This document shows, piece by piece, positions 1 to 8,036 of a stretch of DNA of 32,000 nt. The stretch covers positions 4,860,001 through 4,892,000 of the forward strand of contig CP126532.1 in assembly GCA_030167145.1 (NCBI GenBank), read 5' to 3'. Made by a program: the position numbers and the translations under genes. This DNA is from Ktedonobacterales bacterium. Lineage in GTDB: Bacteria; Chloroflexota; Ktedonobacteria; Ktedonobacterales; JADMIN01. Every line of letters starts with the position of its first letter. The first letter of the stretch is position 1. The notes beneath the pieces were generated by a model, which ran no database searches, was not told where the DNA came from, and worked only from the letters and a program-made list of their open reading frames with translations.

Positions 1-2871
1 CAAGGGCAGGTTGGGCAGGTTGGGCAGGTTGGGCAGGTTGGGCAGGTTGGGCAGGTTGGGCAGGTTGGGCAGGTTGGGCAGGTTGGGCAGGTTGGGTGGA
101 CGAGAATACAGGCAGAGGGCGAGGCAGGCCTCGCCCCTACACCGTCCCCACCAGCAGCAGAGCAGTTGCCAGAAGAGGCGATGCCAGAAGCATTGCGGGC
201 GGGGAGTGCGCCGCGGCGGCAACTGGCGCATGAGTTGGACGTGATTGGGCGGTTAGAGTTGGCGGAGTTTTTTTTGTGTGTGCGGGAGATGGTGAGCGCG
301 GCGCGGGGGATGGGGGTGCGCATCAGCGGGCGGGGGTCAGCGGCGAACAGCCTGGTGGCGTATCTGCTGGGCATTACCGGGGTGGACCCCATCGCGCATG
401 GGCTGCTGTTCGAGCGGTTCTTGAATCCAGAGCGGCGGGGGATGCCAGATATTGACCTGGATATTCAGAGCGACCGGCGGGAGGAGGTGATTCGCTGGGT
501 GGAACGGCGGTACGGCCACGAACATGCGGCGATGGTGGCGAATGTGATGACGTATCGGGCGCGGCTGGCGCTGCGGGATGTGGCGAAGGCGCTGGGGTAT
601 CCACTCGACGTGGTCAACCAGATGACCAAGGTGCTGCCGCACTACTGCGGGCGAGGGGAGATCGCGGGGTATGCGGAGGAGCTGGCGGGGGTGATTGCGC
701 GAGCGGCGCAGGGACAGGGCGAGGTAGGCCTCGCCCCTACATCCACCAGACGAAGAGGGTGGACTACAGAGATAGGGCTGCGGCGGCTGCCGCTGGCGCT
801 GGGGTTGGCGGCGCGGGTGTGTGGGTTGCCCCGGCACCTGAGCTTGCATAATGGGGGGATGGTGCTCTCGCGGGCGCGGCTGGCGGCGGTGTTGCCGGTG
901 CGGGTCTCGGCGAATGGGGTGCGGGCGCTGGAGGTGGATAAAGACGATGTGGAGCGACTGGGACTGATCAAGTTCGACCTGTTGGGGTTGCGGACGCTGG
1001 GGGCGGTGGCGGAGGCGTTGACGTTGATCGAGGAGACGACGGGGACACGGCCGGATGTGGACCAGTTGCCGACCGAGCCGCCGGATGAACAGACGATGCG
1101 CCTGATCCGGGCGGGGCAGACGCTGGCGGTGTTTCAGATTGAGTCGCCGGGGCAGTGGCATTTGCTGGCGCAGACGCAGCCGGAGACGTTCAATGATCTG
1201 ATCGTACAGACGGCGTTGTTTCGTCCGGGGCCGATTCAGGGCGGGTTTGTGCGGCCGTATGTGGAGCAGCGCAGGGAAAAGCATGGGCAATGGCAGTGGG
1301 AGAGTCTCCAACGGGAGCAACAACAGGCAGAGCAACAACAGGCAGAGCAGCAATGGGCAGAGCAGCGGGATGCGGTGCAGACGCCGTGGCAGAGCGGTCA
1401 GGCGGATACCTTCTGGACGGGGCATGCGGTGCTGGGGCCGATCCTGCGGGAGAGCGAGGGGATTCTACTGTTTCAGGAGCAGATTCTGGAGATTGCGCAT
1501 CAGTTCGCGGGGCTGAGCTATGCCGAGGCGGATGGGTTCCGGCGGGCGATGTCGCATCAACGGGAGCCGGAGCAGATGGCGGCGATGCGGGAGCGGTTCG
1601 TGGCGGGGGCCATCGAGCGGGGGGAGACGGCGGCGGATGCGGAGCGGGTGTTCGGCGCGGTGTCGGCGTTTGTGGGGTATGGGTTCTGCAAGAGCCATGC
1701 GGCGGAGTTCGCGCGGACGATCTATCAGACGGCGTGGCTGAAGGCGCACTATCCGGCGCACTATCTGGCGGCGTTCCTCTCGGCGCAACCTGCGGGGTTC
1801 TTTCCGCCGCATGTGGTGCTGGAGGAGGCGAAGCTGCTGGGGGTGCCGGTGCTGCCGCCGGAGGTGAACCGGAGCGAGGGGCGGTTCACGGTGGAGTGGG
1901 TGGGGCAGCATGGTACAGCGGGGAGCCGGTATGCGCGGTGGGGGATCCGGATTGGGTTGGCGCAGGTGCGAGGGGTGGGGGAGGAGTTGGCGCGGGCGAT
2001 TTTGTGGGAGAGAAGCCGGGGCGAGCCAGGAAGCAAGGGTGGACAGGGCCAGGGCGATGGAGAACGGCGGTTTACGTCGCTGCTGGAGTTTTGCCAGCGG
2101 ATGCGGGCGGCGGGGTTGACGTGGGCGGCGGCGGAGGCGCTGGTGTTGTCGGGTGCGTGCGGTGGGTTGCATCCGGGGGAGGATCGTCGGCGGCTGCTGT
2201 GGCGGTTGCATGAGGTGTGGCCGCTGGTGGGGGCGATGGGGGTGCGAGCAGGGAAAGGCACAGGGGCGGGCGCGAGGAAGAGCGGCGGCACGGGTGGTGG
2301 GAAGGGTGGGAAGAAGAGGCGGCGGGGCACTGCTGATACCGAGGGCATCGAGCAATTAGCATTCGAGTGGCCGGTCGGAGATGGGAGGCAGCGGGGCGCT
2401 GGCGGTTGCGTGCGTGCGGGCGGCGACATGGCGAGCATGGCAGGGTTGCCGCAGTTGCCGCAGGTGCCAGGGCTGGTGGGGTTGCCGGGGCTGAGCCGGG
2501 GGGAGCGGTTGGCGCTGGACTATACGCTGCTGGGGATGTCGGCGGGGGTGCATCCGCTGGCGCTGCTGCGGCGGGAGTTACGGCGGCGGGGGGTGCTGAG
2601 CATTGCGGAGGTGGGGAATGTGCCAGCAGGGCGAATGGTGCGGGTGGCAGGGTGGGCAATCTCGGCGCAGCGGCCGCCGACGGCGCATGGGATGGGATTT
2701 GTGGTACTAGAAGATGAGACGGGGCGGTTGCCGGTGGCGCTGCCGCCACAGGTGGCAGCGGAGATTCACCGGGTGCTGCGGGAGGCGCGGGTGGTGGAGG
2801 TGCTGGGGAAGGTGGAGCGGGTGGGGTGGTATCGCGCGCTGCTGGGGGTGCGGCTGTGGGGGAGGGAGTGA
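1..2871 (+). CDS. dnaE2: DNA polymerase III alpha-subunit family protein, DnaE2/ImuC-like (error-prone type), 5'-truncated by window edge
   Basis: Frame 1 is open from nt 1 with no stop before the ORF-track start at 166. Pol III alpha motifs are present: GRGSAANSLVAYLLGITGVDP, PDIDLDI (palm aspartates), FQIESPG, FRPGP, FGYGFCKSHAAEFA. The C-terminus is DnaE2-like (LALDYTLLGMSAGVHPLALLR) and ends in an OB-fold-like segment (GFVVLEDETGRLPV) with no tau-binding tail. The protein carries several low-complexity insertions. Whether the true start lies upstream of the window or at TTG166/ATG181 cannot be decided here. Confidence 0.8.
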   Translation, partial: QGQVGQVGQVGQVGQVGQVGQVGQVGQVGQVGWTRIQAEGEAGLAPTPSPPAAEQLPEEAMPEALRAGSAPRRQLAHELDVIGRLELAEFFLCVREMVSAARGMGVRISGRGSAANSLVAYLLGITGVDPIAHGLLFERFLNPERRGMPDIDLDIQSDRREEVIRWVERRYGHEHAAMVANVMTYRARLALRDVAKALGYPLDVVNQMTKVLPHYCGRGEIAGYAEELAGVIARAAQGQGEVGLAPTSTRRRGWTTEIGLRRLPLALGLAARVCGLPRHLSLHNGGMVLSRARLAAVLPVRVSANGVRALEVDKDDVERLGLIKFDLLGLRTLGAVAEALTLIEETTGTRPDVDQLPTEPPDEQTMRLIRAGQTLAVFQIESPGQWHLLAQTQPETFNDLIVQTALFRPGPIQGGFVRPYVEQRREKHGQWQWESLQREQQQAEQQQAEQQWAEQRDAVQTPWQSGQADTFWTGHAVLGPILRESEGILLFQEQILEIAHQFAGLSYAEADGFRRAMSHQREPEQMAAMRERFVAGAIERGETAADAERVFGAVSAFVGYGFCKSHAAEFARTIYQTAWLKAHYPAHYLAAFLSAQPAGFFPPHVVLEEAKLLGVPVLPPEVNRSEGRFTVEWVGQHGTAGSRYARWGIRIGLAQVRGVGEELARAILWERSRGEPGSKGGQGQGDGERRFTSLLEFCQRMRAAGLTWAAAEALVLSGACGGLHPGEDRRRLLWRLHEVWPLVGAMGVRAGKGTGAGARKSGGTGGGKGGKKRRRGTADTEGIEQLAFEWPVGDGRQRGAGGCVRAGGDMASMAGLPQLPQVPGLVGLPGLSRGERLALDYTLLGMSAGVHPLALLRRELRRRGVLSIAEVGNVPAGRMVRVAGWAISAQRPPTAHGMGFVVLEDETGRLPVALPPQVAAEIHRVLREARVVEVLGKVERVGWYRALLGVRLWGRE
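4..96 (+). repeat. Perfect 9-bp tandem repeat (GGGCAGGTT) x10 plus a partial unit, running off the 5' window edge
   Basis: Read directly: units start at 4, 13, 22 ... 85. The period is a multiple of 3. In the dnaE2 frame it reads (GQV)n, a Gly-X-Y type triplet; in frame 2 it reads (GRL)n. Confidence 0.95.
94..161 (+). repeat. G-rich ~65-bp module, copy A (GGGTGGAC ... CAGAGGGCGAGGCAGGCCTCGCCCCTACACC ... CACCAGCAGCAGAG), containing an 8-bp-stem hairpin
   Basis: Hairpin GGGCGAGG (117-124) / loop CAGG / CCTCGCCC (129-136). Positions 113-141 are about 93% identical to 715-741. The GGGTGGAC block at 94-101 recurs at 757 and 2036. Confidence 0.75.
715..777 (+). repeat. G-rich module, copy B, circularly permuted relative to copy A (hairpin half first, GGGTGGAC half second)
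   Basis: CAGGGCGAGGTAGGCCTCGCCCCTACATC-CACCAGACGAAGAG-GGGTGGACTACAGAGATAGGG. The hairpin (717-736) differs from copy A by one loop base. It is in the same reading frame as copy A (offset exactly 600 bp) and encodes GQGEVGLAPTS...GWT, versus GWT...EGEAGLAPTP in copy A. Confidence 0.7.
1315..1374 (+). repeat. 15-bp tandem repeat (GAGCAACAACAGGCA), about 4 units with the last two degenerate, encoding (EQQQA)n inside dnaE2
   Basis: Units at 1315-1329 and 1330-1344 are identical; 1345-1359 and 1360-1374 are diverged. The repeat sits in a Q-rich segment just upstream of the conserved ILLFQEQ motif and looks like an insertion relative to the pol III alpha layout as I recall it. Confidence 0.85.
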
Positions 2872-2894
2872 GGGCATATGCACCTTCGATACCG

Positions 2895-3098
2895 TCAATG
2901 TCTGAATGCAAGGCATGGGTCCACATTCACCAGCGGATTGTTGCCGGCGTAGACGTAGGGCTGGCTGGCCCACATCAGTGGCGCACGGCCCAGCGGGTCC
3001 CGCGAGAGGAAGCGACCAAGGGTGGGGGCGTAGGCGCCTATGTACCGCTCTTGGTTCGCATGATGGAGTGGTGCTGGACTGTGACGCGCGACATGCAT
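2895..3098 (-). pseudogene. Orphan fragment of an RHS/YD-repeat-associated core domain (polymorphic toxin relic)
   Basis: The translation ERYIGAYAPTLGRFLSRDPLGRAPLMWASQPYVYAGNNPLVNVDPCL matches the RHS core signature RYYDPxxGRFxSxDPxG...N.Y.Y..NNP.n.vDP.G in degenerate form. A stop lies 4 codons upstream of the Met, and another stop lies 5 codons after the DPC position where a toxin domain would normally begin. No YD-repeat body is present. Confidence 0.6.
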
Positions 3099-3325
3099 AC
3101 GGCGCGAAACCTACTCCGCACCTACTCCGACCTGGGCAATGCCTTATGGCCACCTTCCCCTTTCTTTGCATGCCAGGTGATGGGCAGATGATGGGCAGGT
3201 GATCACGCATTAGGGGTGGTATGGCATGGTCCCACCCTCCTGATCCCAGTACACTTGCTCTCGTCAACTGTTCCTCGACTGGCGCCATACTCCGCCAGTC
3301 CCTAGTCCGCATGGAGGATTCGCGT

Positions 3326-4990
3326 ATGTTTGGTTCGTTCGCGCATCTCACCGGCCACGTCAAGCGTCAACTGGTATTCTGGGTAGGCGTCTGTGCTCTG
3401 CTCCTCTCGAGTGCCTTTGGCGCGTCCCTCGTCCATGCCATGCCCCCAGGCATCTCCACTGCCACCTGGAAGACCTTCACTGATCCCGTCTATGGTTTCA
3501 CGCTCCAGTATCCTACCTCCTGGAATCTGGTGGTTGCGCCTGACGGCAGTCACATCACCATCGCCAACTCTCACACCGGAGCCACTATTGCCCCGATCAT
3601 GCAGAGTCAATCAGGCACCGCCATGGCCGCACTCAGCGGCGCGACCAACACGCCGGGCGCGACGATCAAATGGATCACGGTTAACGGCGCCACAGCAGTG
3701 GATGTGACACAGCCTTTCACCCCCGGCTCGACCTTCAATCCTGCTGGGGCCTTGATCACACGCACCGTCACCTTCGCCAAATCCTCCGGCGCGAGCCTGG
3801 CGAGCAGCAACGCCACGATGACCTACGCGCTGCAGCTCACGGTCAAGACCGATAACCAGGGTCATCTCAGCGCCGCCGGACAGGCCGACGTAAACACCTT
3901 CAATGCGGTGGTCCAGACCTTCCGCCTGCCGACCAAAGTCATGTCGCCGCTCAATCCGTCGCCAAACAACTGCCCCGTCTACTGCTGGGCAGATGACAAC
4001 TGGAACTTCAATCTCTACGACGACTCATCCAATGGGCGCGACTGCGCAAACGTCTATTACAATTGCGTGTACGAGCAGAAGGCGCCCGCCAATCGCTATC
4101 AGCCCGATTTCCAGTGTGCCGAGTTCGTCTCTCGCGCTGTCGCCCAGGGCTACACCGTCCCCGGCCTCATCAATGGTGGTGTTGCTGGCTTCTCCGGCAC
4201 AGTCACGGGCCATTCCGGCGCTGGCTGGGACTTCGGCAAATACTCGATGACCAAGGCCCCCTACAATGGCACCGCGCAATACTGGCTCACCGACACCGGT
4301 GGCGCGGGCAACCCATCCGGTCTCTATGATTACCTGATCAACGATGGCATCGGTATCAACGAAGGCACGAACCTTGGCCCGACCGGCTGGGGCGACGTGA
4401 TCTTCTTCTACGAAGGCCAGAGCACCATCCAGCACGTCATGGTCGTGACCGGCCTCTACACCGATTCCTCGGGTAAGATTCATATCATCGCCGACGGCCA
4501 CAACTACGACCAATATCACGTGGAAGTGGCTGTCAGCGGCCAGAGTGGTTTCGTTCTTGTCCACATCCCGATGGATCAGCAAGATGGCATCTCGACGCTG
4601 CCCACCTACTACAGCAACGGCGATGGCCCAGCTTGGTCCAGCCAGCAGACCGACGGCTGGGGACAGCCCTACCGTTATGCCTATATGACCGGCGGCAACT
4701 TTACCTCCGCATCTGGCGATCTTGCGTGGTCGGGCAACACCTTCACCTCGTGCGGCATCGCGATCTTCACGCCCAATGCCAGCATCGCCAGCGCCACAGC
4801 TACCGTCGAGGTTGATCTGGCGAACCGCTCCTCGTACTATTTCAGTGTAAGTGAAGCCAATCTCTATGGTGCGGCCCTGATCGTCAAGCCCAACACCTAC
4901 GGCTCGCCCATTACCTACGTCTCCGTATACAACGCCAACGGCAATGCATCGCAAGCCTTCGGCCTCGGGCAGATCATGTACTTCTGCTAA
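3326..4990 (+). CDS. Secreted protein with a putative NlpC/P60-superfamily cysteine amidase domain (Amidase_6 / PF12671-like)
   Basis: GGAGGA lies 7 nt upstream of ATG3326. There is a signal-peptide-like N-terminus (MFGSFAHLTGHVKRQLVFWVGVCALLLSSAFGASLVHA). The Cys motif FQCAEFVSRAVAQG and the His motif GWGDVIFFYEGQSTIQHVMVVTG resemble the Amidase_6 catalytic pair. The ORF track starts at 3221, but that start lacks an RBS. Confidence 0.75.
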   Translation: MFGSFAHLTGHVKRQLVFWVGVCALLLSSAFGASLVHAMPPGISTATWKTFTDPVYGFTLQYPTSWNLVVAPDGSHITIANSHTGATIAPIMQSQSGTAMAALSGATNTPGATIKWITVNGATAVDVTQPFTPGSTFNPAGALITRTVTFAKSSGASLASSNATMTYALQLTVKTDNQGHLSAAGQADVNTFNAVVQTFRLPTKVMSPLNPSPNNCPVYCWADDNWNFNLYDDSSNGRDCANVYYNCVYEQKAPANRYQPDFQCAEFVSRAVAQGYTVPGLINGGVAGFSGTVTGHSGAGWDFGKYSMTKAPYNGTAQYWLTDTGGAGNPSGLYDYLINDGIGINEGTNLGPTGWGDVIFFYEGQSTIQHVMVVTGLYTDSSGKIHIIADGHNYDQYHVEVAVSGQSGFVLVHIPMDQQDGISTLPTYYSNGDGPAWSSQQTDGWGQPYRYAYMTGGNFTSASGDLAWSGNTFTSCGIAIFTPNASIASATATVEVDLANRSSYYFSVSEANLYGAALIVKPNTYGSPITYVSVYNANGNASQAFGLGQIMYFC

Positions 4991-5027
4991 AGGCACACCG
5001 AGCATTCCGGGATATTCGTACCTACAA

Positions 5028-5066
5028 GTAGTCGGTCGCTGCACTAGCAGCGACCGACTACTTTTT
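5028..5066. terminator. Bidirectional intrinsic terminator shared by convergent genes
   Basis: Perfect 15-bp stem GTAGTCGGTCGCTGC (5028-5042) / loop ACTA / GCAGCGACCGACTAC (5047-5061), followed by TTTTT (5062-5066) on the + strand. It overlaps the stop codon (5058-5060) of the minus-strand STAND gene. Confidence 0.8.
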
Positions 5067-7676
5067 GATAACCCTCGTGCCGTTTACCTGCGCGCTCGCC
5101 TTCTGCAGCATCGCTACCCACTGCTCAACCTCGCCCGTTCGCTCGTCTTCCTCCGCGTGTAGGCGTGAAGCCGCCCGTGTGCCCAGGTCCAGCGCTCGCT
5201 GTATCTCGCCGCGTTCTGCCGCGACTCGTGCCAATCCATAAACGGCCAGGGTGCCCATATTCGGCGCATCCATCTCTTCCACCAGCCGCACCGATTCCTG
5301 GAACGCCTGCTCGGCCTCGTCCACACGCCCCATAGACAAATACAGGTCGCCGAGCAGGCACAGGCTCTCAGCGATCAGAAAGGGATGTTCGATAGCATGC
5401 GCCATATGCCAGCTATCCCGCAGATATACCTCGGCCATTTCGGTATGCTTACGGGCTGTCTCCAGTCGGCCTAGTCCCTGCAAGGCGTTGGCGATCCGCA
5501 CCCGGTTTCCCAACACCAGCGCGAGCTGCAAGCCCTGCTGATACAGCTCTTCCGACTTCACAAACTGGCCGCGTCTGAGCGCCACCGTGCCCAGATTGGT
5601 GAGCAGCGCGCTCATCCGCTGCTGATGCCCTGCTCGACGTGCGACTGCCAACCCCTCGGTAAAATACGCCTGCGCCTGCTCGTCGTTCCCACGATAAATC
5701 TGTTGCTCTCCCAGGTTCTGCAACAGCGCGCTGATGCTCTCCGCATCCCCGATCTGTCGCGCGAATCCCAGCGCCTCCTGATACAGAATTGCCCCGTGTT
5801 CATGGTCGCCCGCGATATCCGCGATCTCGCCCAGCAGTCGCAACACCACCGCCATCAAGCCCAGGTTTCGCATCGAGCGAGCAGCTTCTAATCCTTCGTA
5901 AAGTGAGCTTTCGGCCTGCTTATATGCGCCCCGGTTGATCGCCACCTCACCCTGGTAGGCCAGCGTAGTGCTCAGTACGCCCCGCTCGTTGTGTTCGCGG
6001 GCGATAGAGAGCGCACGCTCATAAAGCGCTTCGGCACGTGAGAAGTCGCCGCGCAACGCCGCAATCCGTCCCTGGTGTAGCCATGCAAACGCATGCGCCG
6101 CATGGTTCCGTTGCTCCGCCGCGATGGGTTGCATCTTCACCAGCATCGCCTCCGCCGCATCGTACAGGCCCCTGGCCTCCAGATAGGGTGTGATGGCCTG
6201 CACGCCCTGCACGAACACCTCAGGCAGCGCGCCCCGCGCGTCATTTTGGAATGCCGGCAGGATGTTGTGCGACTCTGCATCCAGCGCTGCGAAGTTAGAC
6301 ACATGCTCCATCGCATAGACCGCGTAAAATGCCAGCATGCGCTCTCGCGGCGCCGACGATTCCAGTTGCAGCCGCGCGAAATCATTGATCGTCTGATGGA
6401 TGGTGTACCGTCCTGGACCGCAACTCTCCAGCAATCCGCTATCATAGAGTGTGTCGAGCGCCTCCGCGCGAATATCCCCCACGGTGAGCGCGGCATCCTC
6501 ACCAAATGAATTCGGCTTCGGCTCGAAGACCGAGAGCGCATAGAGCGCGTTGCGAGTCTCCGCATCTAATTCTTGATCGCTCAGTTCGATCACCGCTTGT
6601 AGCGAGAGCGGCGTATCCGGCGCCAGGCTCGGATGCCGATCCACCAGCGCCACCGGCTCAGCCAGCCTCAACCGCTCTTCTGCGCGGCGCATGCGCTCCA
6701 GCGCACTCCGCACTCGCCTTGGCTGTCCGCTCTGCGCCTGCACCGAGAGGTGCCGCGCGATCAACGTCAGCGCGAGCGGCAACCCACCGACCGACGTCAC
6801 CAACTCTCTGATCGCCTCGGGCGCTGCGTTCGCCACATCTGGCGCCAACCCCTGCACCAGCGACACCCCATCCTCAGCGCTGATCTCACGCAGCGTCACC
6901 GCCAGCGGCCCCGCGAATCGTGTCGCGATCTCTGGCATGCGTGTCGTGATCAGGTGCGCGCAGTGTTGTCCTCCTACCCTGAATCTCAGCGCGTCCTCGA
7001 TGGACCACACATCATCTACGATGAAGAGACAGCGCCGCTGACCCACCGTCGCGACCACTAACCGCTCCAGCGCCGCCAGGTCTGGACACTGACTCAACTC
7101 TGCTGTCGCGAGGCCAAGCGCCATACCCCAATTGCTCAAGAGCGAATGGAGGTTCGGTGTGCGCCCTAGTGGCGCCCATAGAATGCCGTCCGCGAAATGC
7201 GCTGACAGCTCCGCATCGTGCAGCAGGGTAAGCGCTGCAGCTGTCTTCCCGATCCCTGGCAGCCCGACGATAGCGACGTTCGATGCAGCCAACAACGCCT
7301 GCTTCAACGTCACCAGCACATCTTGCCGGCCGATCAACGGCACAGCATGTGGCAACGGAAACGTCGTGGCCACACTCCGCTCAGGTTCTCCGGCTGATGT
7401 CTGTTCCCCGGCTCGTCCGAACCTTTCCGGCGCCGTCATAAGATCAGCAGTGTCTGTGTTCGCTTCGGCATCGAGGAAGCCCAATTCTTCCGGTGTGCAT
7501 GCGAACAGTTCGCACAATTTGCGGCGAAAGTGGTGGTTGGGCAAGCCAACGCCACGTTCCCAACGACTGACCGATGGAATCGAGGTCGCCATCATCTCTG
7601 CCAGGTCAGCCTGCGACAGACACTTGCGCAGGCGCATCTGCCGGATCCGCGCTCCCACGAGTGCATGAGTTGCCAT
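5058..7676 (-). CDS. STAND NTPase: N-terminal XRE-family HTH, NB-ARC ATPase, C-terminal TPR array
   Basis: HTH: LVGARIRQMRLRKCLSQADLAEMMATSIPSVSRWERG. Walker A GLPGIGKTAAAL; Walker B CLFIVDDVW; HLITTR; GLPL motif GGLPLAL, which is diagnostic of NB-ARC. These are followed by about 10 TPR-like repeats (A..Y...L.I......G pattern). GGAGG lies 5 nt upstream of ATG7676; alternative starts at 7688, 7691 and 7694. Confidence 0.85.
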   Translation of the reverse strand: MATHALVGARIRQMRLRKCLSQADLAEMMATSIPSVSRWERGVGLPNHHFRRKLCELFACTPEELGFLDAEANTDTADLMTAPERFGRAGEQTSAGEPERSVATTFPLPHAVPLIGRQDVLVTLKQALLAASNVAIVGLPGIGKTAAALTLLHDAELSAHFADGILWAPLGRTPNLHSLLSNWGMALGLATAELSQCPDLAALERLVVATVGQRRCLFIVDDVWSIEDALRFRVGGQHCAHLITTRMPEIATRFAGPLAVTLREISAEDGVSLVQGLAPDVANAAPEAIRELVTSVGGLPLALTLIARHLSVQAQSGQPRRVRSALERMRRAEERLRLAEPVALVDRHPSLAPDTPLSLQAVIELSDQELDAETRNALYALSVFEPKPNSFGEDAALTVGDIRAEALDTLYDSGLLESCGPGRYTIHQTINDFARLQLESSAPRERMLAFYAVYAMEHVSNFAALDAESHNILPAFQNDARGALPEVFVQGVQAITPYLEARGLYDAAEAMLVKMQPIAAEQRNHAAHAFAWLHQGRIAALRGDFSRAEALYERALSIAREHNERGVLSTTLAYQGEVAINRGAYKQAESSLYEGLEAARSMRNLGLMAVVLRLLGEIADIAGDHEHGAILYQEALGFARQIGDAESISALLQNLGEQQIYRGNDEQAQAYFTEGLAVARRAGHQQRMSALLTNLGTVALRRGQFVKSEELYQQGLQLALVLGNRVRIANALQGLGRLETARKHTEMAEVYLRDSWHMAHAIEHPFLIAESLCLLGDLYLSMGRVDEAEQAFQESVRLVEEMDAPNMGTLAVYGLARVAAERGEIQRALDLGTRAASRLHAEEDERTGEVEQWVAMLQKASAQVNGTRVIKK

Positions 7677-7697
7677 CCCTGCCTCCATCATCACCAG

Positions 7698-7725
7698 ATG
7701 ATCACCAGTTGATCAGTATCTGATC
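7698..7725 (-). promoter_or_regulatory. Operator-like element in the STAND 5' leader: three GATC sites at exact 11-bp spacing plus a 6-3-6 palindrome
   Basis: GATC at 7700, 7711 and 7722. Palindrome GATCAG-TAT-CTGATC at 7711-7725. Direct 11-mers ATCATCACCAG / ATGATCACCAG at 7687-7708. A fourth GATC is at 7765. Confidence 0.4.
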
Positions 7726-7751
7726 TCCAAGAGACATGTACGATGCGAGCA

Positions 7752-7780
7752 ATGATAGACCAGAGATCAATAATATGCAA
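7752..7780 (-). promoter_or_regulatory. Sigma70-like promoter of the STAND gene
   Basis: On the minus strand: TTGCAT (7780-7775) - 17 nt - TATCAT (7757-7752), about 75 nt upstream of the start codon. Confidence 0.55.
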
Positions 7781-8036
7781 CCGTCCACTTGTAATGAGCA
7801 GTCAAACTTCGATGGCGGCAATTTTCACAGGTGTGCTGTGGAGTGGGCAGTCTGGCACTAAAGCCAGAAACACGGTTTGCGCTAATAGGGAGGGCGCGAT
7901 ACCCTATAGGACATGTCTGGGCTGATGGGGACGCAACATGAAGCTGGGTGTGAGGATAAGGGATGAAGTGATGGTGAGGGATAGGGTGACGGACAAGGTA
8001 ATCAAGACTCCTCATCGGGAGCTTGTACCTACTGGG

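Noticed and set aside
1-244. Possible CRISPR-like array or separate (GRL)n ORF (11..244) at the window start
   Set aside because: The 9-bp units are contiguous with no spacers, so this is a microsatellite rather than CRISPR. The GRL frame has no supporting context, whereas the GQV frame is continuous with dnaE2.
166-2871. Intein or split-DnaE explanation for the extra segments in the polymerase
   Set aside because: The inserts are short low-complexity tracts. I saw no Hint-domain blocks (no Cys/Ser-initiated block A, no TxxH, and no terminal HN followed by Cys/Ser/Thr) and no homing-endonuclease motifs.
337-2926. Multiple P/R/H-rich ORFs on both strands inside dnaE2 (e.g. 337..1425 -, 1290..2213 +, 1465..2355 -, 2072..2926 -)
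   Set aside because: These are alternate-frame artefacts of a GC-rich gene whose frame-1 product carries the full set of pol III alpha motifs.
2707-3363. 218-aa minus ORF spanning the dnaE2 end, the RHS relic and the amidase gene start
   Set aside because: It is in a different frame from the RHS-like peptide, is P/R/H-rich with no motifs, and crosses two better-supported features.
7695-8036. Search for an integrase gene, an att direct repeat of the tRNA-Met 3' end, or IS termini delimiting an island
   Set aside because: None were seen by eye anywhere between 2.9 and 8.0 kb. The island idea is therefore reported only as a low-to-moderate-interest hypothesis and not as a mobile_element feature.
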